Shown here: in pieces, positions 37,820 through 50,926 of the stretch
Layout: each line of letters starts with the position of its first letter
Position numbering within the stretch: position 1 is the stretch's first letter
Assembly (NCBI GenBank): GCA_023515725.1
Contig: JALDTO010000288.1
Coordinates: forward strand, 62,001-126,000
Origin: Amoeboaphelidium protococcarum X5
Taxonomy: Eukaryota; Fungi; Aphelidiomycota
Reading direction: 5' to 3'
DNA: 64,000 bases
Position numbers and translations under genes: made by a program
Notes under the pieces: model-generated
Told to the model about the DNA's origin: nothing
The model's input: only the letters and a program-made list of their open reading frames with translations
The model's database searches: none

Positions 37820-40342
37820 ATGCTTTCATCCAGGGAGGAGAATAGTAAAATCATTAATGGCGTCAAGGTGAAATTTCCTGACAAGTTTAAGCCATACCCG
37901 TAGCAAATGGTCATGATGTCAAAGATCTTGCGGGCGTTGACTTCGTCGCGTAATACTGCTTTACTGGACCAGAATTAAATGTAACAGGGTAACAATGTTA
38001 TACTTGAGTCTCCCACTGGAACTGGAAAGTCCATGACTTTGATATGTTCAGTTCTGGCATGGTAAGAGCATTGCAAGGCGTAGATTGTCGAGAATGCACG
38101 ACGGTAGGCAAGTGAAGCGTGTAAACAGAGTGAAAAGTAGAAATCCAGTGCTGAACAAGTCAATAATCAGACTACCAAGAGGTAACACGAAATTATAAAG
38201 TTGAAACGATAGAGAACTGATGATGACGAATTAACACATACTAGCATGAATGATGAATAACCGAAAACAGCTGAATTAACTCCCTCTTAATAACAAGATA
38301 TGGATGATTTCGCTGATGTAAAAGTGAGTTATAAAGGGATTGATGCGAGATTGAAAAGTTCTCAGCTGTTTCATAAAGAGAACTTCGATTTGGACGTGAA
38401 TAACGCTGGCGAGGATGATGTCTTGTAATCACAATAATCTTAAGCTGAAGAAGTTAAGGTATAGAGTACTCAATCTCCCAAAGTATATATTGGCACTCGA
38501 ACGCACAAGTAGATATCTCAAATGATTACTCAGCTTCGTAAGACTACATATGAGCCGTCTATTGCTATATTGGGTAGTAGGAATTAGTTTTGTGTGAACG
38601 ATAAGGTAATTAAAAAAGCCCAAAAGTCTAATGGTGGGCTTAATACGGCGTGCAAAGATCTGCTTAATGATAAAGGTTGCAAGTTCTTTCAGAGAGTACA
38701 TGTATTGAAAGCGCGTTATGATGAAGAAACTCAACTTCATACTACGTTAGAAGGTCCAGTAAGATAAATTTATGATATTGAAGATCTGTCTTTACTTGGT
38801 AGGAAACATAAAGGTTGTCCGTACTTCACCTCAAAGTTGATTGCTCAAGACGCTGATGTGATTTTCTGCCCGTATAATTACATCATTGATCCAAATATTC
38901 GTTAGTCAATGGAGATCTAAACGGACGGCAATGTGTTTATCCTTGACGAAGCTCACAATATAGAAGATGCATGTCGTTCGAGTGCTTCTTTGTAATTGTC
39001 GAGTGCCCAGCTGGATGAGCTGAAGAAGGATCTGGCTGCACTAAATGAGGCTAAGCTTCTAGATGGTGATAATGTTGAGTATTTGAAACAACTGTCGTAT
39101 GTTGTAGATTAGATCAAAGATTTGGTTAATTCTTTCCATGGTTAGTACACTGAACGCGATTTTAATAGAAAGATCAAAATATGGTCTCCAGAGGAGTATG
39201 TAGAGCTTTTTAAAAGTAAAGGCATTTCTCATGGGAGTCTGCCGGGCCTGATTAAAGCATTCCAATGTATTAAAACTTGGACTGCAAAAAACAGCAGTAT
39301 TTAGCCTCTCAATGGATTCACCATATCTACATTAGCCTCCTTATTCCGTATATTTGAATGTATATTACCTAGCGACTCAAACTATGACGATGACTATTCC
39401 GTAGTTCTGATTGAAGATGCTGCTAAAGGTCCTGCATCAATTCCGGAAGTATCTCCTTTCTCAATCGCGTTCTGGTGTTAGAATTCTGGTGTCGTGTTTA
39501 GAGAGATAGCTGAATAGGCTCACTCAGTGATTCTGGCAAGTGGTACGTTGTCTCCGTTGGATTCATTTTCATCTGAGCTGCAGACTGATTTCAGTGAAGT
39601 TTATGAGGGAAGTCACGTCATTGACTAAGGAAGAGCCTTCGTGGCCGTGGTGGAGTAGTTCAATAATGTTCGACTTGTTGGCACTTATAGCGTAGTCGAG
39701 ACCTTGAAGTATTAGGATAGCGTTGGTAGCGCGGTGCTGGAATGTGGCAAGATCATTTGTGGTGGAATATTGTTGTTCATGCCATCCTATAGTATGCTTG
39801 ATAAGATGATCAGCCGCTGGAAAGACACTGGATTGTATAAACGGCTTTCTGAGTAGCGATAATGCTTTATCGAGCCCAAGACTTAATAAGAATTCGAGAC
39901 TGTGCTCTAAAAATATTAATAGTCTACCATGAATGGAGGATAGGCTTTGCTATTTGGCGTTTTTCGAGGCAAGCTCAGTGAGGGCATCGACTTTGCCGAT
40001 GATCAGGCTCGCGCTGTAATCACTGTGGGCATTCCATTTCCAAATGTGAGTGATGTGAAGGTCAAGTTGAAAAGACAATACAATGATTGCAAATCGAAAG
40101 ATTCCAAGGTTTTGAACGGTAATCAATGGTATGAGGCACAGGCGTACAGAGCCTTCAATTAAGCGATAGGCCGTTGCATTCGTCACAAGAACGATTGGGG
40201 TGTCATTCTGATGCTCGACGCGAGGTTGTCCCCGTCAGAACGAAAGCTCTCCAAATGGGTGCGTTAGTTGCTCCACAGGGAGAGAACTCTAGACAAGTTG
40301 ACGCCCGATTTAGAACGATTCATATCAAAATTGAAAGCTTGA
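37820..40342 (+). CDS. Fe-S DEAH DNA helicase, FANCJ/BRIP1-RTEL1-like (Rad3/DinG family)
   Basis: [67 protein letters not shown](TAA=Q)AIGRCIRH. Confidence 0.92.
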
Positions 40343-40444
40343 AATAAAAGTTTGATGAATATTGGATATACTGGTGATTGGCGTTACCGTTTCAAGTGTC
40401 TTTCTCTTGTCCTTCTTAGTACATTGTTCACTAATTACATTCAG

Positions 40445-42179
40445 ATGATGCTGCAAAGATTTCAGTTTAGCATCTTATGGCTTTTACTATCTTTTAAAAC
40501 AAGTGGAATTTAACTTGATTTATATTACGATAGCTAGCTGAACATATCATCGAATGGCTTGCTTTATGATCTGGCTGGCTATATCATGCCGCTGACGATC
40601 AACAACTAAAAGTTAAATTGCGTTCTAGGTACTATTCCACTCTTCAACAATTAATATGATGTATCACTTACCGTTATGAATAAATCTGTAGACTTTTCGT
40701 CAAGTTATATTTCTGTGCTGGATAATGATTTTTGTACTGTGCAAAGGCAGCAGATGAATGTATCCAATTTGGCCTACAATTGTTTCAACTCTACTTCGAT
40801 ATCACCTATTGCAAGAGCCAACTTCTCATATTGCTTTGATAGTGAATGTATGTTTTGCAATAGTTCTAAATTGGCGGTGAATATCACGGCTGGTTAGAAT
40901 GATTTCAAAAAAGATTACTCTGCCGTTGTGTCCTCTCCTGTAGTCTTACTTGGTGCTAATCTGAAGTTCCTCTATTAGATGCGGAACACTACCTATACTT
41001 GCCGTTTAGGCTTATCTCAGCCATGTAAGTAAATGATTTGATACTAATTATAGTTCTTATGCCGCGTATTATGTAGAGTATTTCCGCGAGAATCCACTCT
41101 ATAAGCTGGCGGCTGGGAACGAATCATCTCCGTTTATCTCATTGGATTTATCACCAAAGTAGTCAAGTAGAAATTCGACTCTGACTTTAGGTGAGGCATC
41201 CGTCGGTAATACTATAAATTCCACTATCCATTGGTCAGATACGCGTCTCAACATTTACAAGTGTGATCCTTCCTACTACATTCCAATATATAAATGGTCA
41301 TTATGCGGACAATAGTTGACGCAACCTGATTAGTCATCTGTGATAGCTCGTATAAGCACCTCTGAGTAGTGTCTGGTTGTACCTGGCTGGATGTTTGAGA
41401 AAATAATGTCAATCTTACCCGGCGACTGTGCCCTTAACAAGACTATTAACAGCCCCATCTGTAGAGGCATTGTGGATTCATCACTCAACATATCGGAGCC
41501 ATTGATGGAAACTGCATTCTCATTCACTCTGAAAGAAGATGGAGGAGAGCCGCTTGTAATATCTTTGCACACTCTATCGTCGCTTTTCTATAATACCAAT
41601 ATCAGTAACAGCAGTGTCCACAACTAGGTCGATTACTGTATCTCTGTTGACTATTCTATATCCTCCATCTAATAATCGTCCGTGGTCATATTTGGATTGA
41701 GATTCCTTCAGAATTTCTTCATCTAGATTGATGCTTAACGCAATAGAATTGGATTTGGTAACAAATTAGTTCAAGACCTCAGAATAGCCGGTATGACTTA
41801 TTCCTATGTTTTTAACATCAGCTTAGCAAAGGCGCAATTTGTGTAGATGATTATACTAAATCGCTCTGTCCTCAGTCATAGCTGAAATAGTTATTCTCTA
41901 ACTACTCTAAACCGATTGAACGCGAAGTCGATTCTTCCAACGTGTAAAATGTGGGCGTTTGTAAATCATCCAATGTTGTATTCTTTGATAATCTTATATA
42001 ATTTTGCGATTTGGTAAGTATTGCTATGGCTACTTTTCATCAACATACATATGCAAGTATCTGTGTAGAAGTCACCCATCAAGACTATAACTTATCTGCT
42101 GTTCATATCAATGAGCGCGTTGGAAATTTAGAACTTTCTTACATATAGAAAAATCACAAAGAATGTCTAATTTGAATGA
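40445..42179 (+). CDS. Secreted/membrane pepsin-fold protein, apparently lacking catalytic Asp motifs (multi-exon)
   Basis: Signal peptide, intron about 41026-41076, C-lobe IFGLRFLQNFFIQIDAQRNRIGFG, further introns and hydrophobic C-terminal segments; exon structure approximate. Confidence 0.55.
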
Positions 42180-42546
42180 CAATGATCTATAAGATTCAAT
42201 CTTACCTTAATTTTCACTAAGTCTACTTAGTCTGACATTAATGTAAAATGTGAAGCCTGAAACAATGCTATTGAGGAGCGCGTTATGAGCATTTCATGAC
42301 TGACCGTTACTATACTGCCTCGATTGAAAATTTTGAGAATTTTAGATCAGTCATCTCCGATTACATCAGTGATGTTGGACAGCGGAGAAAAGTTTTCAGT
42401 TGTTTTACCAATGTTGCACTTCGATTCGATTTTCCTTTAAATTCGACCAATCCAATCACAGGCAGGGAGCTCTTCAAATTTGCAATTCTCTCTTCTCTTT
42501 TCTTTTTTTCCTTTTTAGCGGAAACAACAACTACTACAACAATAAG

Positions 42547-42945
42547 ATGATTCGCCGTGCTTTGCAAAGAAATTGGAATATCTATCGTCCTTACTCTAGT
42601 GGTGTTAGTGAAGAATAGACTAGGAATCCATATTTGTCATTTCTGAACGCGAATAAAGGTGCCATTACTGTCCTGCTGGGTTTAACTGGTGGTGTCATTA
42701 CTGGATTGAACTGGTTGATTGGAATGAAAGTGGATAAATTGGAAGTCAAGTATGACTTGAAGTTTGATAATTTGGAGATGGAAGTACGAAATATTCGTGA
42801 AGAAATGAGAGATTTTCGTAAAGATATGAGGAATGATCATAAAGATATGAGGAATGATCATAAAGAGTTAATGAACAAGTTAGAGCCTTTTTTTCGCAAA
42901 GTGGAAGTACATGATGCCTTAATCAGAAGAGGATAATAATCATGA
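42547..42945 (+). CDS. Small predicted mitochondrial single-TM coiled-coil protein
   Basis: MIRRALQRNWNIYRPYS presequence-like start, TM AITVLLGLTGGVITGLNWLIG, heptad repeats, TGA42943. Confidence 0.65.
42820..42864 (+). repeat. 21-bp tandem repeat encoding KDMRNDH x2
   Basis: aaagatatgaggaatgatcat repeated twice exactly. Confidence 0.85.
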
Positions 42946-43569
42946 TTAATATTACAGTATATTTGCATGTATTTGACATTATCAAAACTTTAATACATCT
43001 TTTAATTATTAACTTATGTCGATACCATTCGGTTTCTACTGATGATTATCTTCCGCATTTGCTCCCATCCACGAAGGTTGGAAATCATGCCCAAAGGGAA
43101 AGCCGCTAGAGTTGACAATTGTTCTTGGTAGTGCTTGCTCTCGTTTGCGGCAAACATGCATATCCAACCAAGCTGAAAACAAGATAGTGGAAAACTTTCG
43201 ATTTCATTTCCAAACAGCGCCTAGACAAGCCGAGACTATGATAACATTCTTCTCAATGTGGCAAATCGCCCCCGCCACGTTCCCCCGCGAAACATTGTGA
43301 CACCATCGTCGAAACACGCGTGCACCAGCCAAAGCGACGATGAGCAAGTCATCGAGCGATAAAGAGAGAAAAACCAAAAACAAACAAATACAGTAAAGCA
43401 CCCGCGTTCCTCTGACTTGCTTTCTGCTTATAAATAAGCATTGCATTTCATTTGAATAAATTAGAAACGCATTTCCTATCCCGTTCTCAGTAGGTATCGT
43501 CTACTGTTAACTCTATAATATAAAGTCCAATTTTACGAATAAAGAAAGAACTTGTACTGACATTCGAAG

Positions 43570-45673
43570 ATGTATCGATAGTAACAGCCTGTATAACAGC
43601 AGATTGGGGCCAACACTGCGCGAGTCAATGAGTTACTGGAGGCTATTAGACATGAGTTTGAGCTGGCCAGTCAAGATCCAGCTTCGGCTGGTCGTCACCG
43701 AGATGACTATGAACACAAGTGTAAGTGTTTTGATTTATATTTTGCTGATGTATGGATTAATATCTGTGATTTTTGAGTATGTAGTATATTAAGCTTAACT
43801 GAGTGAGATGTAGTAGATGCAGACCATGTTCTTCGAGTTGGATAGAGTGCATTAGAGTATGAGAGCATAGTATGAAGAAGAGGTGGTGAAGTTGAGAAGG
43901 GAGTTGGAAAGCCGTGGTATCGCTGTTCCATCATCGTAAGTGCAGTAGATGGCTGGACCGTTATAGTTTGGGTCTTAGTTTACTGCTCCGAATGGTAGTA
44001 GTAGTAGTATGCATTCACACTAATAACCTTAGTCTTAGGCTGGTTAGTAAATGGCTATGCATCAACCAAGTCATGCTGCACCTGGGCATGCTAATGGATT
44101 TGCACATCAGGGCGCACCACATTATGGTCCATAATCATCTGCTCAGGCTTCCTTTTCTACGTAGTAACAGTCTTAGCAGCATTTGCATCCTCAGCAGCAT
44201 TAATAGTCACAATAGCAAGGTATGCGCAAAATGTCGATTTCTTAGTAATAGTAGTAGCATTAGGCTCATCCTCAGCACTTGTAATCATTGCCTTAACCGT
44301 AGCAGTAAGCCTCGTAAATTTAGCAAGGTTAGTAGCCGTTAGCTGTTCCCACATCCGCTGGTGCTGCCGCTTCCAGGCCTCATCCGCCGTAGCAGTAGAA
44401 AATTGTAGTCTTTGGTGACGTTGAGGTTGAGTCTATACCAACTAGCCATAGACATGACGGCCCTGACTGGCATGGACTGTTTAATCCGAAATTGCCGAGA
44501 ACTGTGGATGTGAAGCTTAACTATAGCTTTGACCATGCGTCAGTGGTGTGTTGTGTGCGCTTTTCTGCTGATGGCAAGTTCTTGGCGACTGGGTGTAATA
44601 AGATTACGTCTGTTTACAATGTTCAGACGGGCGCTAAAGTGGCCACTCTTAAGGATGAGAATGTGGAGAGTGATGGTGATTTGTATATTCGCTCAGTCTG
44701 TTTTTCCCCTGATGGTAAACTTCTTGCTACTGGAGCTGAGGATCGTCTAATTCGTTTGTGGGACATTGCGTAGAATAAGGTTGTAAAGCAGTTTAGCGGC
44801 CATGAGCAGGATATATATTCTCTGGACTATTCAAAGGATGGAAAGATTATTGTGAGTGGCTCTGGCGATAGGACTGCGCGCATATGGAGTATTGAAGACG
44901 AAGAGTGCAAGTAGACTCTGACTATTGACGACAACAGTTCCGCTACTGCTAGAGATGCCGGAATTACAAGTGTGGCCATCTCTGCTGATGGTAAGTATGT
45001 TGCTGCCGGCTCTCTTGATAAGATGGTGAGAGTATGGAGTGCTGAGGATGGACAGCTACTGGCTCAAATGGATGGCCACAAAGATTCTGTGTACTCGGTG
45101 GCGTTCAATCCGAATGCTGATGCTCAGCATAAACTGACTCTGGTATCTGGATCTCTGGACAAGACTTTGAAGTTGTGGGACCTCTCAGAGTTGAGTTCAT
45201 AAAAGGACTCTGCAGATTATCAACCTCCTTGTATTGGAACTTTAGTTGGACACCGGGATTTTGTTTTATCTGTAGCGTTCTCGCCTGATGGAACCTTCTT
45301 ATTGTCTGGCTCAAAGGACAGGTCGGTACAGATTTGGGATGTTCGCACTCAGACTTCAATGATGGTGCTGCATGGCCACAAGAACAGTGTGATTAGCGTC
45401 GCTGTGAGTCCTGCCGGTAATCTGTTAGCCACTGGATCTGGTGATTGTAAGGCGCGATGTTGGTAGATTGACTCTCTCCTCAAGTAGTAAGTGTCATCTC
45501 CTGTCAGCCCGCAAAATTCCCAGCATTAACAATAGCCATATTCTTAGTAACAATAGTAGCAGTAGTAGTAGCCGTTGCAAAGTCCTCAGGGATCGCAGCC
45601 GTAGTCCGGCAAACCGTAACATCAGTAATAGTAGTAGCAGATAGAGAAAAGTTCTGGCGGCTAACAGTAATGA
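43570..45673 (+). CDS. TUP1: General transcriptional corepressor Tup1 (intron 43721-43784)
   Basis: Tup_[28 protein letters not shown], poly-Q linker, WD40 [63 protein letters not shown]. Confidence 0.95.
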
Positions 45674-45856
45674 CATTGTCACTGATAATTTAATGATTTT
45701 ATATATAGCTAAGAAATTAGTAATAATCTAACGTTTTGCTTACTTTTTGTTTTTATTCACGTTGAGTAGTAGTTGTTACCTTTAGTCATTCTCTTCTCGT
45801 TTTTTAAGATTTAAAGAAATTAGAGATCGATTTCAAATTTGTTCGGTTAATAGAGT

Positions 45857-46425
45857 ATGATCAAATTTAATAGAAATATAGAGTAGAACAATAAAGAGTT
45901 GAATGAAAGAGTTAAAGATCGATAAGGACGCGTCGACCGCAAGAGTCGTCCAGATACCACTAGTAATGATCGTGTGAAGGTTCGATCTTCAGCGGATTCC
46001 AACCATGTGAAGAATGAACCATCAGGTGCACGTCGGACTTAGTAGCGACCATTGGCCTTTGCTGATATGTCTATAGATTAGAAAAGACTCTATAAACGAC
46101 GAGAGTAAGTTCATATACAATTATATCACGTATCTGAATCTTATATTGTAGACGCGGATTTACAATGTTCATTGTTGGAATGACTTTTTCACTTGGTGCT
46201 GGTATATCACTGATCCTTAAAAGTAAGTGTCGCGTTTGTACATAGTTTCTTATAGTGTTTATAAGCATCATCATTGTGATTGTATCGCTATACCCGTTTG
46301 TAGATCGAATGCCTCAATCTGAACTGGAAAGTCTTCGGCGGAGACCGCATTCTAGTACTGATTAGTTGGAAGATTCGCCATTGATAAAACAGATTTTCAA
46401 CTCTGAGGATCTTGATAAAAAATGA
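45857..46425 (+). CDS. Hypothetical 3-exon single-TM protein
   Basis: ATG45857, two GTAAGT..TGTAG introns (about 46105-46151 and 46223-46303) join into an open frame with TM FTMFIVGMTFSLGAGISLIL; TGA46423. Confidence 0.5.
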
Positions 46426-46553
46426 CAGTATTACTAAATGATGATAGATGTAAAATATTGTAAAATTTTTCAATAATATACTTGCACTCATAATATACGT
46501 TATCATACTGTACATCAATTGGTCTTTAATCGTGCTGGGCATTAACTTGTGAT

Positions 46554-47548
46554 TCAAAACTGAATCTTCTCCGGGAAGTATTCACTAATCAACTGATTGT
46601 AGTAAGGCTTCATTTCTTGCACTGAAATAGGATTATCAGCCTTGGAATAGAGGTCATACTGATTGAAGCTCTTTAAGAACGGCATCATCTGATTATCGTG
46701 CTCATCCAGAAGATACGAATACGCGCTTTCTTTATGTGCAGCATAGAACGAGTGGTACCTGATAGCGTAGAGTGCCTCTTAAGGAAGATACGGTCGACAC
46801 ACCTGATACAAGTACTCATCGTGTCCCCAGCTCATGTGCACCTAGGACAAGCCACAGTGAGGCTTATAAATACCATGGAGAGTAGAGTAGATGGGATGAT
46901 GTAGATCTGGATTCTCCTACTCCGCAAAGTAGTAATGATACACGACGCGTTCATCAAACCGGCAACCGACGGGAAACGTGTCACCAACGACGGCCCATTG
47001 AGGTTCGCCGCCTTTGAGAGCCAAAAGTTTTCCGAGATCGTGAATGAGGCAAGTGAGTTGCATCAGCCGCGACTCGCCATTTTTCTTGGCCGCCTCTGCC
47101 GACTGCAACGCGTGCACCAACTGAGAATTTTCCGTATCTGGATCACTCTACATACATAGTTGATAGTGTTATTGATAGTATTATTTAACAGTTTTATAAT
47201 GTGTTATCGTAATAGTAAAACTTACAGAGTCTACTAATTGATCCAGAATCTCCAATGCTTCCCAGACACCATATTGACCAAAATGTAAATTTTGATATTG
47301 CTCCTTTTTACTCAAAACTACAAAAGGCTGATAGATAGTCCTGGAATGTTAAACTAAATCAGAAGTTGGACATTACCAAACTGTAAAGTTTAATTCTTGT
47401 GATTTTGACGGTAAAAATCTTTTACGCTTTCGCTGGCTTCTTGATACTGTCGAAACTTTATCTTATCCGTGCTCTCTTTGAGATACCTCGCCTGCAAGTC
47501 GGTCTCCAATTCTTCATATAGATCTAGCGGAGTTGTTTATCTAACCAT
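46554..47548 (-). CDS. MIOX: myo-inositol oxygenase (2 introns)
   Basis: [61 protein letters not shown]. Confidence 0.93.
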
Positions 47549-47692
47549 TATGAAGTCTATTACCAAAAATTGTGTTACTAACTAGGTATATATGGAGGGG
47601 AGTGTAAACAAGAAACGGCTCGGTGCGTGAAGAACTAAAACGGGCTGAAACAACAATTTTGTATCGCATCACCTCAGACGCGTAATTTCAAC

Positions 47693-48391
47693 TCACAAAC
47701 TTATATCAATGCTATTTAAACACATACCCCACCATTGATCATCGTATGACGCGTCCTATTATATATTCTGCTTCCTTCTACATTTGATAAGTCGCAGTCT
47801 ATCGTCTTATGAGATAATCTCCATAGAAAATTTAACTCCAAGTCGATCAAAGAACGAGTACTCCTTCACAAGCTCCCTCTGTCGATAACTTATCAATACT
47901 TCAGCCTTTTCATTATACCTTGTGACGAAATCAATGGCGTTTAATAAAGGCAGATGCAAATGTTCCCAGTACACGCAATCTGAAATTAATATCAGATCGT
48001 ATTTTGTATCTTCAACTACTTTCGGATTTTAGTAATCGTTCCAGTCATATTGTATTGCTTTCACACTGATGCTTTCATCAATAAGATGCATATTACAGGA
48101 TATATTATTTTAAATTAGTGGTAAAGCTGCTTCAATGTCAGTCAATACAACATTACACGCAACCTGTAGTCCACTTTACACCATATTACTGAGAATACGC
48201 GCCACATGAATGCCAACATATCCCGTTCCGCTACCAAGCTCTAATACTGAAAACCTTTTATAGCGATTCTGCTCCAATATATTTGCCAAGTCGCATTACA
48301 GATACTTTATCAAAAATGGCGCAGCTTCCCATAGCTTGCCTGCTATGCGGTCGACACTGGTGTCCTAATAAATTATGATGTCATGATCCAT
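47693..48391 (-). CDS. Seven-beta-strand lysine methyltransferase (METTL21/family 16-like)
   Basis: GKLWEAA, VLELGSGTGYVG, VVLTD, YDW, DLILISDCVY; start may lie further upstream. Confidence 0.85.
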
Positions 48392-48885
48392 GTTTCGTGT
48401 CTGAGTCGGATGGATTGCTTGACAGTCAATTAATACCTGAGGGGGGGAAATGATTGTTGATCGCAATAAAAAAGTTGATGATGATTCCTATGGCAATTAG
48501 AAGTATTACATAGACTCAATTGAGATTTAGGCATGCTTCCTAATACATATAGTAATACCTAATCAGTTAACAGTGGTGCTCAAACATTGCCTACAATTAT
48601 CGCTTCTCATAGATCATTGATTGTAAGTAAAGATTAAAGAAAGACCGCGTACGAGTATATTTCAGTACAGAAATCATATTTCATTGCCAAGAGCTTTTAT
48701 AGAGCTTATGGCTTTCATTACCAATGTTACTTAAGCATCGTATAAGTAATATCAGTAATCATGAGCCAATCAGGTCTACATTGCTGATTGTTGAGTGATT
48801 TTCATCATTTTCTCTTCAATACATGTTGTTGACGAGTTATCTGTCTTTAACTTGAAGTAAACGTCCTATTAATTAATTTCGATAA

Positions 48886-50637
48886 ATGAAGAGCGACCAG
48901 CAAAGAATCTGGTATTTACTCGTTCAGGCCAATGGCGTTCCATATAATAATTCTACCCCAACCAGTGTGCTCATGTCTCCAAACTCAATCATCAATGACC
49001 TTGGAAAAGTTATAAAAGCCGAACACGCTAACGCCCTTGCAACTGTTGACTTGTCCCGTCTGAAAGTATATAAGGATATGGCATAATTGGATGGATAGCC
49101 GTTGGACGAAGAAATGTTGGTGGGCGATCTTGGAGATTACGGAAAGAGGAAGGAGGATGCTTTATTGGTGCTGGTGCCAGTATCACGCGCCCATAAGCGC
49201 TCACTATCAGATTCAATAATTGCACCTGCTGCCAAGAAGTGGAAATTGGAGAATTTGTCTGAGGGCTTGTTATAGTATGTGAATGCAAAATTGATTAATC
49301 GGTGCATAGTGTCTGATAATGACGCGTATCTACCGTATCCTCAAGATAAAATATTAAAACTGTTTGTACGGGATTGTTATGTTGATGTATTTGATTTACT
49401 AATGGAGAACGTTGCTGTTGGGCGCGAACATTTTGGCATATCAGGCACTCCGGGAATAGGCAAGTCACAGTTCTTCCTATACATTTTATATCGCGTCATG
49501 AACGACTCTCCGTGGAAGCCAAAGCGTATCGTATACCAGGTGAATTAATAGTTTTTCTGCTATGACTTGAGGAAGCATTACGTGGTTCCGCTTGAGCCTC
49601 TATAATCGTCAATGCTGATCCATGAGCAAGATACACTCTACGTGATTGATGGACTTTATGCTGTTCCTCTGTCATCATCATGTGTCACTTTATTCATCTC
49701 TTCACCTCTCTCTGATCACTTCAGAGAATACGTCAAGCAACACAAAGCTACAGTATGGTACTTACCCGTTTGGACGTTGGAGGAGTTATCAACGTGTCGT
49801 CAAGAGTGCTATTCTCAGTTTCCACAAGACACATTATTAGAACGTTTTCATATGTATGGAGGAGTGGCTAGATCTGTGTTTTATGACTTCAAAGTAGGTG
49901 TAAGGTATTTCAGAGAAGATCCGCTTGAAATGGAAATGGCTCTGGCGGACGTGGATGCTGTAAGAAGTCTGCGTGAATTTATTTCATTAAGCAGGACATC
50001 TGATTTCACTCATACTTTGTTGCACATGGTCGTTGGCGAGAGTTAAGGGTTTCCGTATAAGTTTCGACATGTAGATTTAGCTTCGAAGTACGTGGGAGAA
50101 CAGTTGTGGGATCTTCGTTATGCTAAAATGGTCACTAGTCTAAGAGAGATGTTTGGTTGTAGTTGCAGTTACTTTAGTAAAATCTGCAGCCGTTTGTTCA
50201 AGATGTACGGCCATCGAATATTTTCTAAAGGTGGAATGAAGTTGAAGTGTCGCAATTTGGAAGATGGTTCTGAATTTGAACTGTAGTTGGATTCTCTGAC
50301 TGGGTAGCAAACTTCCATAGACGATAAAAATCTCCCGACGTGCCTTCTTGACACTTACTACGAGCTATCTGATGATGATGATCAACTTTCTGCTGTCGAT
50401 TCTTTCAGCAAATAGGGAATGTTTCAGTTTACAGTTGGTGCAGAACATCCGATACGCAGTGTCAAAATGTTACAGAGACTTTGCGGATTATACGCCAGTC
50501 CAAAGTTGTATTTTGTAGTGCCTCCTCATCGCTTTGCCTAGTTTCAGAAGCAAAAGTTTATTGAGGAACATGGCGGTTAATAAGTCGAAGCAATACCGGG
50601 ATTAATATAATACGTACTCGAACTTGAAGTGTAATGA
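48886..50637 (+). CDS. Crinkler (CRN) effector: ubiquitin-like header + P-loop NTPase + restriction-endonuclease-like domain
   Basis: Header IWYLLV..DLGKVIKAE..LKVYK..ALLVLVP; LFVRDCY, GTPGIGKS, YVIDG, ISSP, YLPVWTLEEL, YGGVAR; AVDS..MFQFTV..HPI..LYFVVP..QYVL; single frame to TGA50635. Confidence 0.9.
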
Positions 50638-50926
50638 GCGTTAAATAAAATTAATGTGCACATTTATTAAACGCCTTAAAAGGTCTCTTGAAGTGTCGGC
50701 ACACTAGATATGATCGATTTTTTACAACGTCCGCGTGCCAATTGTCTTGCCGCTGATTTGTTCTTCGCGGTGGTCACGACAGCAAAAGAGAGGCGAGAGC
50801 GCCCGTCGCGCGGCTTCCTTCTTCGGCCAATCACTCCTTCTCTTCAACACTTACCATCTGGTTTAACATCTTCTTTTACATTTAAAGCAAGTAAGCCGGT
50901 AGTTTAAGTAAAGATTATAGTGAAAT

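Noticed and set aside
43990-45640. (TAG)n arrays as non-coding microsatellite or telomere-like repeats
   Set aside because: They are in-frame poly-Gln codons of TUP1
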